Part shown: in pieces, positions 49,290 to 57,638 of the stretch | Layout: the number at the start of each line of letters is the position of its first letter | How positions within the stretch are numbered: position 1 is the first letter of the stretch | Source of the DNA: Bacteroidota bacterium | GTDB lineage: Bacteria > Bacteroidota > Bacteroidia > B-17B0 > Aurantibacillaceae | Reading direction: 5' to 3' | DNA length: 64,000 bases | Assembly (NCBI GenBank): GCA_016708845.1 | Contig: JADJFB010000018.1 | Coordinates: 5,018 to 69,017 of the forward strand | The notes under the pieces: model-generated | Databases searched by the model: none | Told to the model about the DNA's origin: nothing | The model's input: only the letters and a program-made list of their open reading frames with translations | Program-made: the position numbers and the translations under genes

Positions 49290-52200
49290 ATGGCACTTAA
49301 AATCAAATATACATTCACAACTTTTTTTCTGTTAGTTTTTATCATCTGTTTTTCTCAACCAGGAACAACTTGGCAACAAACAGGACCAAATCTTTTCCCA
49401 ACAAACGAAAGCGGACAAGTAAATGGTATTGGACGTGTTTGTCAGTTAAAGTTTCATCCCACTAATCCATTAAAAATGTATGCGGTTAGTGCCTCCGGGG
49501 GTTTATGGATTAGCAATGATAGTTCAGCTACTTGGGTAAAAACAGGAACAGATAAATTACCTTCAACAGCTTGTGCATCTGCCTGTATAGATTACACCAA
49601 CGACAATATTATCTATTTAGGAACAGGTGATCCAAATTATTATAGTACAGATTTTGGTATTTGGAAAAGTATAGACGGTGGACAAAATTGGTTCCAATCT
49701 ACCACTGGCATGGGAAATAGATTACCCATAGAAATTTTAATGGATCCAACGAATCCTAACGTTTTAGTTACTGCTACAGATAATGGGATCTATAAATCAA
49801 CAAATGCTGGCGCTAATTGGAATTTAGTAAAAGCTGGTGGTGACTTTACAGATATGCTATTTAAACCAGGAAGCACAACTACACTTTATGCCTGCACCTA
49901 TTCAGAGTTTTGGCGCTCCACCGATTTTGGAAGCACTTGGACACAAATTACAAACGGCGTTGTTATTCCAGGAGGTGGCAGCGGAAACGGTATGCGATTA
50001 GCCGTTAGTGCTGCTAGTCCAAATGTGGTGTATTTAGGAATGATTACAGATGAAGGAACTATTTTAAAATCTACCGATGGCGGCACAAGTTTTACAACGG
50101 TGTATCATAACCCAGCTCAAAGTTTAGTTGGTTATGATGCTACAGGTGGCGGACAAGGTGATTATAATTTTGGAATGACTGCCGACCCAACGAATGCTAA
50201 TACGGTTTTTGTTGTGGCACATGTTGTATGGCGAAGTACTGATGGAGGAGTAACATGGACTCAACTTACAGATTGGTGGGATCAATTACATACAGATATG
50301 CACGGTATTAAATTTCATCCAAATTATCCAAACAAATTGTTTAATGTAAATGATGGTGGTGTTTGGTTGAGTAATGATTTAGGAGATAATTGGGCGCCAA
50401 AAAGTGATGAACTAGGTGCAACTGAAATCTATCATGCAAGTCAAAGTCCAATTAAAAGAGATATGATCAGTATTGGCACACAAGATAATGGTGAACTATA
50501 TTTTCAATCAAACTCATGGAGAACCAATAGAGGTGGCGATTGGGGAAGTAGATCATCGTTTGACTACTTAACTAATAATGTCGTTTACTATTATGAAAAC
50601 GGAGAAAGAAGGCCTGTTAATGGAAACGAGACAAATTACAATTTACCATTTACAACAGATAACGATATTGTATTAGAATTTACAAAAAAAATAAACACCC
50701 TGGCATTTAGCGGCGAGCAAAATGTTTGGAGAACAACGGACTTAAATAATGCAAGCCCAACTTGGAGCCAAATAAGTACCTTTAATCAAACGGTCAAAGC
50801 AATCAATTCGTCGCAAGCAGACTCAACTATCCTATATGTTATTACAGCAAATAATAAAATTTATAGGAGTGATAATGCTTTAGCGACATCGCCAACTTTT
50901 ACAAACTATACAACACCTAGCTCAACAAGCTTAATAGCAAACATTGCAAGTGTAAAAACAAACTCTAATGTGGTTTATATTTCATGTGGGAACAGAGTGT
51001 ATCGTTCGGTAAATAAAGGCGCTACATGGACAAATGTTTCTTCAAACTTACCAACCGTAAATATTATAAAAATTTACCATGATGAATTTAGTACTAACGA
51101 AGCTATTTATGTTTGCTCTGCCAATGCGGTGTATTATAAAGATATGAGTATGACGAATTGGGTAAACATAACTTATAATTTACCTTCCGTTGCAAACATT
51201 AGAGATTTTATGATGTATAATCCAGGAACAGCGGCAAGTTTATTACGTGTTGCTTATTATGGTAGAGGTGTATGGGAATTACCTATCAATACAAGCTTTG
51301 GTCCAGCTCCAGATTTTGCGTCAAACACAAACACCATCTGTGTTAATCAATCGGTAGCCTTTACTGATTTAAGTTTTGGTAATCCAACAACTTGGAATTG
51401 GACTTTTGCTGGAGGAACACCATCAACATCTAACCTTCAAAATCCAACAGTTAGTTATTCTTCAACTGGTGTGTATAATGTAACCTTAACGGTTTCAAAT
51501 GGTAATGGCACAAACTATACTACAAAAGTTTCCTATATTAATGTTACAGCACCGCAAGCTATTCCTTTTGCCGAAGGCTTTGCAACATCAGTTACGCCTG
51601 CCAATTGGGAAAATTATGATGCTGGTAACGATGGTACTGTATGGGAGCATAGTAGTTTAGCAGGCGGATTTGGCACAAGTTCTCAATCGGTTTATTTTGA
51701 CAATTATAATAATGATGTGAATAGAAAACGAGATGAATTAAGAACACCAAAATATGATTTTAGTTCTTCTATTCATCCTATACTAACGTTTGATAGAGCT
51801 TATGCAAGATATAGCAGTGTAAACAACGACACTCTTGCTGTTTTAATATCAACAGATTGCGGAACAAACTATACGCCACTTTATGTAAAGGGAAATACGA
51901 CATTAGCAACTGCTCCAGATAACACGGGCTCACTATTTATTCCAACCTCAACACAATGGAAAAGAGATACTATTGATTTATTAGCATACGCTGGGCAGCC
52001 TAGCGTTATGTTTGCATTTCAAAACAGAGGGTTTTATGGGCAAGCTTTGTATTTAGATAATGTAAATTTGTATAGTTTGTTAACGACAAATATTAAAGAT
52101 TTAGATAATGGTGCAACTCTTAAGGTATATCCAAATCCTAGTTCGGGACACATTACTATTGATTTATATTCAGCTACAAAAGAAGATTATCAATTAGAGA

Positions 52201-52361
52201 TTTTTAATGTGGTTGGCCAGAAGGTATACACCGAACAATTTCCTAATGTTAATGGTTCCTTTAAAAAAGAAATTAATTTAATCCCTTTTGGAAAAGGATT
52301 GTATATACTTAATTTTACAAGCAATAAAAAAACCAGCAGTATTAAAGTAATTGTGGAGTAG
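49290..52361 (+). CDS. Large secreted BNR/Asp-box (sortilin/VPS10-like) beta-propeller protein with PKD domain, choice-of-anchor-J-like domain and T9SS type-A CTD
   Basis: At least 8 S-x-D-x-G-x-(T/N)-W boxes (SIDGGQNW, STDFGSTW, STDGGVTW...). PKD segment VAFTDLS...GVYNVTLTVSN. C-terminus VYPNPSSGHITID...IFNVVGQKVY...GLYILNF...IKVIVE. Confidence 0.8.
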   Translation: MALKIKYTFTTFFLLVFIICFSQPGTTWQQTGPNLFPTNESGQVNGIGRVCQLKFHPTNPLKMYAVSASGGLWISNDSSATWVKTGTDKLPSTACASACIDYTNDNIIYLGTGDPNYYSTDFGIWKSIDGGQNWFQSTTGMGNRLPIEILMDPTNPNVLVTATDNGIYKSTNAGANWNLVKAGGDFTDMLFKPGSTTTLYACTYSEFWRSTDFGSTWTQITNGVVIPGGGSGNGMRLAVSAASPNVVYLGMITDEGTILKSTDGGTSFTTVYHNPAQSLVGYDATGGGQGDYNFGMTADPTNANTVFVVAHVVWRSTDGGVTWTQLTDWWDQLHTDMHGIKFHPNYPNKLFNVNDGGVWLSNDLGDNWAPKSDELGATEIYHASQSPIKRDMISIGTQDNGELYFQSNSWRTNRGGDWGSRSSFDYLTNNVVYYYENGERRPVNGNETNYNLPFTTDNDIVLEFTKKINTLAFSGEQNVWRTTDLNNASPTWSQISTFNQTVKAINSSQADSTILYVITANNKIYRSDNALATSPTFTNYTTPSSTSLIANIASVKTNSNVVYISCGNRVYRSVNKGATWTNVSSNLPTVNIIKIYHDEFSTNEAIYVCSANAVYYKDMSMTNWVNITYNLPSVANIRDFMMYNPGTAASLLRVAYYGRGVWELPINTSFGPAPDFASNTNTICVNQSVAFTDLSFGNPTTWNWTFAGGTPSTSNLQNPTVSYSSTGVYNVTLTVSNGNGTNYTTKVSYINVTAPQAIPFAEGFATSVTPANWENYDAGNDGTVWEHSSLAGGFGTSSQSVYFDNYNNDVNRKRDELRTPKYDFSSSIHPILTFDRAYARYSSVNNDTLAVLISTDCGTNYTPLYVKGNTTLATAPDNTGSLFIPTSTQWKRDTIDLLAYAGQPSVMFAFQNRGFYGQALYLDNVNLYSLLTTNIKDLDNGATLKVYPNPSSGHITIDLYSATKEDYQLEIFNVVGQKVYTEQFPNVNGSFKKEINLIPFGKGLYILNFTSNKKTSSIKVIVE

Positions 52362-52373
52362 TTATACTTAAAA

Positions 52374-53569
52374 CTATTTTGTGTTTAATTTATCTGCTAA
52401 AAACTTACCCATACTAAAACAAGCTTGTAACAAATAACCGCCTGTTGGCGCATCCCAATCTAACATTTCGCCTAGGCAATAATGATTGGGAAGTTTTTTT
52501 AATTCTAAACTATCGGTTACTTCATCTAAAGCAATTCCTCCAACGGTAGAAATAGCATCGTCCATAGGAGCAAAGCCTGTAATGTGCAATGGATAAGACT
52601 TTATGAGTTCACTTAAAAATTGAACATTACTATATTCGTCTTTAGAAGAAGAGAGTTTCAATAATTCTATTTGAGTTGTAGATAGATTTATCTTTTTTTC
52701 AAGCACCTCTTTAATCGATAATTTTCCTTTGTTTTCTATACGTTCGATGATTTCTTCTAAAGGCAAATCGGGTTTGAAATCAATTTGAATGTTAGCGGAT
52801 TTATTTTGAATAAGTTGCTTTCTAATCTCAGGACTTAAAGGATAAATACCACTTCCTTCAATTCCAAATTCAGTAACAACAGCCTCTCCTTTTCGAGAAA
52901 TATTTCCACAAGTAAACCCACAGTTTTTTAAAGGACTTCCTTGATACGTTTTTATAAAATTTGGATTCCAATTAACCTGATAAGCACAATTAGAAGGGAA
53001 AAATTTATTTGTATTAACTCCTTTTTCATTAAAATAATTTGTCCAATTGCCATCACTGCCTGTTACTTTCCAACTAGCGCCACCTAAAGCAAAAACAACC
53101 ACATCAGCTTTTACCTTTTTTGTTTCTCCTGCATTTGAAAATACTAATTCATCATCTGCCCAACCTTGCCAAAGATGATTGTATAAAATAGTCACTTTTT
53201 TTTTCTTAACTGTTTTCAATGTGCATTTAATACTTCAATAGGTTTTATTCCCTTTACCGGAAACACGCGTTTGCTTGTTCCTAGGTAGGTTTCAATTCCA
53301 ATTTGTTTCAACCAATTTCTAAAATCTGTATTTGAAAAATGACTTAAAAAAGGTTCTACAAATTCTTTGGGCTGATAACGTTTTGCAAACTGGACTAAAT
53401 CCTCAGAGTGTGTTAAATTAAATCCTCCTTTACCTGCCACTAAAAATTTGCGTCCTAGTGCGGCGTTTTTTTCATAGATAGAAATGTTGAATTTATTCGC
53501 ATCTAACGAACAAGCCAGCATCAATGATGCTGGCCCGCCACCTATTATTGCTATGTTTTGTTTAGACAA
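52374..53569 (-). pseudogene. BaiN/HI0933-family flavoprotein, one frameshift as assembled
   Basis: IAIIGGGPASLMLA FAD motif and C-terminal APTGGYLLQACFSMG. ORFs 53216..53569 and 52374..53219 are adjacent pieces. Confidence 0.8.
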
Positions 53570-53571
53570 AA

Positions 53572-54957
53572 CTAAGCTGTAAAATATTTATAAAACAAAG
53601 GAATGGTTTCAATACCTCTGTAATAATTAAATAAACCATAATGTTCGTTTGGCGAATGTAAGCCATCGCTATCTAAACCAAAACCAAATAAAATACTATC
53701 CATTCCTAACTCTTTTTTAAATAAAGCTACAATTGGAATACTGCCTCCACTGCGTGTTGGTACTGGCTTTTTACCATAGGTTTCTTGCATCGCTTTGCTT
53801 GCTGCTAAAAATCCTTTTGAGTTGGTTGGCACAACAACAGGTTCTCCACCATGATGGGCAGTGACTTTCACTTTTACTGATTTTGGTGCAATGCTTTCAA
53901 AATGTTTGATAAACAAATCACTAATTTCTTTTGAAGATTGATTTGGTACTAAACGCATCGATATTTTTGCAAATGCTTTTGAAGGCAACACTGTTTTTGC
54001 GCCATCGCCAGTATAACCTCCCCAAATACCATTCACATCTAAAGTTGGGCGTATACCAGTTCTTTCGTTTGTTGAATAGCCCTTTTCTCCGCGCTCTTCG
54101 TCAATATTCAAATCTTTTTTAAAGTCATTTAAATCAAATGGCGCTTTTGCCATTTCAGCTCTTTCAGCGTCACTTAATTCTTGCACTTTATCGTAAAAAC
54201 CAGGAACAGTAATGTGATTATTTTCATCATGACAAGAAGCAATTAACTTGCATAGAATATTGATTGGATTAGCCACTGCGCCTCCATACACACCGCTGTG
54301 TAAATCTCTATTTGGTCCAACCACTTCCACTTCCATATAAGCCAGCCCTCTTAATCCACTATCAATACTTGGAATATCATTAGCGATGATAGAGGTATCT
54401 GAAATTAAAATAATATCTCCCTTTAGTTTTTCTTTATTTTCAATAATCCATGGACCTAAGTTTGATGAACCTACTTCTTCTTCCCCTTCAATCATAAACT
54501 TCACATTACAAGGCAAGGTATTAGTTTTCATCATCGTTTCAAAAGCTTTCACGTGCATATACATTTGACCCTTATCGTCACACGCTCCGCGAGCAAAAAT
54601 GGCACCTTCAGGATGAATGTCTGTTTTTTTAATAACAGGCTCAAATGGTGGCGAATCCCACAAATCCAATGGATCTGCAGGTTGCACATCATAATGTCCG
54701 TAAACCACTACGGTTGGTTTTGAAGAATCGATTATTTTTTCTCCATAAACTACTGGATAGCCTTTTGTTTGGCAAATTTCCACTTTATCTGCTCCTGCTT
54801 CTATTAAACGTTGTTTAACTGCTTCGGCAGTGGTAAACATGTCGGGTCTATGCTCTGGTTTCGCACTAATTGATGGGATTTTTAACAAATCTAAAAGTTC
54901 ATTTAAAAAACGTTCTTTGTTTGAATTAACGTAGGATTGTATCTGATTTAGTTCCAT
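53572..54957 (-). CDS. M20-family dipeptidase
   Basis: VYGHYDVQP, ARGACDDKG, IEGEEEVGS metal and catalytic motifs. Confidence 0.85.
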   Translation of the reverse strand: MELNQIQSYVNSNKERFLNELLDLLKIPSISAKPEHRPDMFTTAEAVKQRLIEAGADKVEICQTKGYPVVYGEKIIDSSKPTVVVYGHYDVQPADPLDLWDSPPFEPVIKKTDIHPEGAIFARGACDDKGQMYMHVKAFETMMKTNTLPCNVKFMIEGEEEVGSSNLGPWIIENKEKLKGDIILISDTSIIANDIPSIDSGLRGLAYMEVEVVGPNRDLHSGVYGGAVANPINILCKLIASCHDENNHITVPGFYDKVQELSDAERAEMAKAPFDLNDFKKDLNIDEERGEKGYSTNERTGIRPTLDVNGIWGGYTGDGAKTVLPSKAFAKISMRLVPNQSSKEISDLFIKHFESIAPKSVKVKVTAHHGGEPVVVPTNSKGFLAASKAMQETYGKKPVPTRSGGSIPIVALFKKELGMDSILFGFGLDSDGLHSPNEHYGLFNYYRGIETIPLFYKYFTA

Positions 54958-55046
54958 TATTGTAGAATTTTGGTACTAATGTACTTTTTTTATTTAAAAG
55001 GTGCTTTTGAATGATTGAAAAAATTGTGAATTAGTTGTTTATAGCT

Positions 55047-55054
55047 TATTTTTG
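55047..55054 (+). promoter_or_regulatory. -7 promoter box candidate (TATTTTTG)
   Basis: Exact TAnnTTTG match 5 nt upstream of the ATG at 55060. Confidence 0.35.
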
Positions 55055-55059
55055 AGATT

Positions 55060-57597
55060 ATGAGAACACTATACACAACCATTTTTTTAAGCTTGTTTTT
55101 TATTGGGTCTTTAAAAGCTCAATTAACAACCACACAAACATTAACTGCTCAGCAGCTTGTGCAGAACGTTTTATTGGGAAGTGGGGTTACAGCTAGTAAC
55201 ATTACTTTTTCTGGTGATCCGCTTCAAATTGCTCAATTCTTTGCTACCCCAAGCACTAATTTAGGGATTCCGTCTGGAATATTTTTAAGCACTGGTCACG
55301 CTTCTACAGCCAATGCCAATGGACCTCAAGGGCCAAATAATTCTGGAAGTACAGGAACCAACTGGAGTGGACCAGGCGATGCTTTACTAGATGTAGTTTC
55401 CGGTGTAAACACCTTTGATGCGGCTGTATTAGAATTTGATTTTATTCCAACAGGAGATTCGGTAAAATTCAGATACTGTTTTGGTTCTGAAGAATATCCT
55501 GAATATGTAAATGCAGGTGTAAATGATGCCTTTGCTTTCTTTTTAAGCGGCCCTAATCCCGCTGGAGGAAATTACGTTAATAAAAATGTGGCACTATTGC
55601 CAGGTACTAGCACTGCAGTATCTATCGATAATGTAAATGCTGGATTAAATGCAACTTATTATAGAAGCAATACTGGAAGTCCTATTAACTGCGAGTTTGA
55701 TGGTTTAACAACTGTTTTATATGCTTTAGAGAAAATAGTTTGCGGACAAACCTACCATATAAAAATTGCGATTGCAGATGGTGGTGATGGCGTTTGGGAT
55801 TCAGGTGTATTTTTAGAAGGTGGTTCTTTTAGTAGTTTACCTCCACTAAATGTATTCACTACTAATTCAAATTCTAACATACCAGATTCTATTTTAGTAG
55901 AAGATTGTAATACCTACTGTGCTTATTTTATTAGAAATGGAAATTTAGCTAACGTAGATTCTTTTAATTTACAAGTTACTGGAAATGCATTATTAGGACC
56001 TGATTATATTCAATCTGGAAATGCAGGTTTTACTTGGCCAACTAAATTAATTTTTGGAGTTGGTCAGGACACAATTAAAATTTGCAACATCAATGCTTTA
56101 CAAGATAATTTAATTGAAGGGACGGATACTATTAAATTTGCCATGTCGAGTTTTGTAACCAACACATTATCCTGTTTATCTTCTAATGCAATTAAATTTA
56201 ACTTATACATTAAAGATTATACCCCAATTGGTATAGGACAAAATAACACATCGGTCTGTACTGGAAACTCAATTGTTTTGAATGCAGGTGCTACAAATGG
56301 TTATGCACCTTATACTTATACTTGGACCGCTCCTGCTGTAAATACACCTACCTTTAATACAGGACCTATAAACTCTACGCAAATTTATACCATAACGGTG
56401 AATGATATATGTAACAAACCTGTTACACAGCAAATCACCATAAATCCTGTTTCTACCCCAACAGTAGTAAGTACCAATACCGTTATTTGTGCAGGAACTA
56501 CTGCAACTGTAATTGCTTCCGGTGCTACAACGTACACTTGGAGCAATGGCGCCGCAAATGATAGTTTGTTTGTGAACCCTTCATCAAATACAACTTATAC
56601 AGTAATAGGAGCAAATGGCGCTTGTACAAACTCTGCTGTTGCAACTGTAACTGTCATTGGGTTCTCCCTTTCAATCACAGGAAACAACTCTATTTGTTTA
56701 GGTCAAAGTACGACGTTAACCGCCTCTGGTAGCCCAACAACGTATGTCTGGAATAATGGCACAACAAATGCTTCAACGATTGTTTCTCCGACAGTTACTA
56801 CAAATTATACGGTAAGTTCTATTGCAGCATCATGCTCAAATACCGCTGTTTATACGGTAAGTGTTACTCCACCACCAACGCTTACAGTTACTGGCACGCC
56901 TTATTGTGCTGGCCAAACAACAACCGTTACCGCAACTGGAGCTACTAGTTACACTTGGAGCACTGGTTCAACAACTAATTCCATTGTTGTATCTCCAATT
57001 GGCACTTCTTCTTATACTGTTATCGGAACAAGTATTCCATCATGTACAAGTAGTTCGGTATTTTCGCCAAGTGTTATAACTAGCTCTCCACAAATCATTA
57101 ATACATCTCCTGTATTATTTTGTTTGGATTCAACAAAAGCAATCACTGTAAGAATTGATGGCGGCAATCAACCTTACAACGTAAGTTGGTTAATTCCTGG
57201 AGGAGGTATTATCCCATTTGACACTACTGGTTATACGTATTACTTTACACAAAGTAATACCCCAAGTAGTGGTTCTTACACTATTATTGTGACTGATCAA
57301 TGCTTATATTCTGACACCTTAGCTATTGACATTAATAGTATTGATTGTGATATTATCATGCCTAACGTAGTAACCCCTAACGGTGATGGCATCAATGACT
57401 TTTTTAGAATTAATGGTTTAGAAAATTTTCCAGGTTCATCATTAAATTCTTATAATAGATGGGGAAACAAAATTTACAGTAGTGATGATTATAAAAATGA
57501 TTGGTCGCCAAAGGTAAGCGATGGCACTTATTTTTATATTCTTAATGTGTCTGACGGCAGGAAGTTTAATGGATTTTTTCAAGTGTTTAGCAATTAA
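55060..57597 (+). CDS. Surface adhesin: choice-of-anchor-L domain, Ig-like Cys-containing repeats, T9SS type-B sorting domain
   Basis: N-terminus QQLVQNVLLGSGVTASNITFSG. Repeats of the form C.G....L.A.GA..Y.W. C-terminus PNVVTPNGDGINDFFRI...YNRWGNKIY...GTYFYIL. Confidence 0.85.
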   Translation: MRTLYTTIFLSLFFIGSLKAQLTTTQTLTAQQLVQNVLLGSGVTASNITFSGDPLQIAQFFATPSTNLGIPSGIFLSTGHASTANANGPQGPNNSGSTGTNWSGPGDALLDVVSGVNTFDAAVLEFDFIPTGDSVKFRYCFGSEEYPEYVNAGVNDAFAFFLSGPNPAGGNYVNKNVALLPGTSTAVSIDNVNAGLNATYYRSNTGSPINCEFDGLTTVLYALEKIVCGQTYHIKIAIADGGDGVWDSGVFLEGGSFSSLPPLNVFTTNSNSNIPDSILVEDCNTYCAYFIRNGNLANVDSFNLQVTGNALLGPDYIQSGNAGFTWPTKLIFGVGQDTIKICNINALQDNLIEGTDTIKFAMSSFVTNTLSCLSSNAIKFNLYIKDYTPIGIGQNNTSVCTGNSIVLNAGATNGYAPYTYTWTAPAVNTPTFNTGPINSTQIYTITVNDICNKPVTQQITINPVSTPTVVSTNTVICAGTTATVIASGATTYTWSNGAANDSLFVNPSSNTTYTVIGANGACTNSAVATVTVIGFSLSITGNNSICLGQSTTLTASGSPTTYVWNNGTTNASTIVSPTVTTNYTVSSIAASCSNTAVYTVSVTPPPTLTVTGTPYCAGQTTTVTATGATSYTWSTGSTTNSIVVSPIGTSSYTVIGTSIPSCTSSSVFSPSVITSSPQIINTSPVLFCLDSTKAITVRIDGGNQPYNVSWLIPGGGIIPFDTTGYTYYFTQSNTPSSGSYTIIVTDQCLYSDTLAIDINSIDCDIIMPNVVTPNGDGINDFFRINGLENFPGSSLNSYNRWGNKIYSSDDYKNDWSPKVSDGTYFYILNVSDGRKFNGFFQVFSN

Positions 57598-57638
57598 AAA
57601 AGATTTTTAAACTAAAGACATATCTAATCATCTCATTT

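Noticed and set aside
56861-57079. Alternative-frame ORFs within the adhesin genes (also 57716..58178 on both strands)
   Set aside because: They overlap long, motif-supported ORFs. Their L/Q-rich composition is a by-product of T/S/N-rich codons in the real frame.
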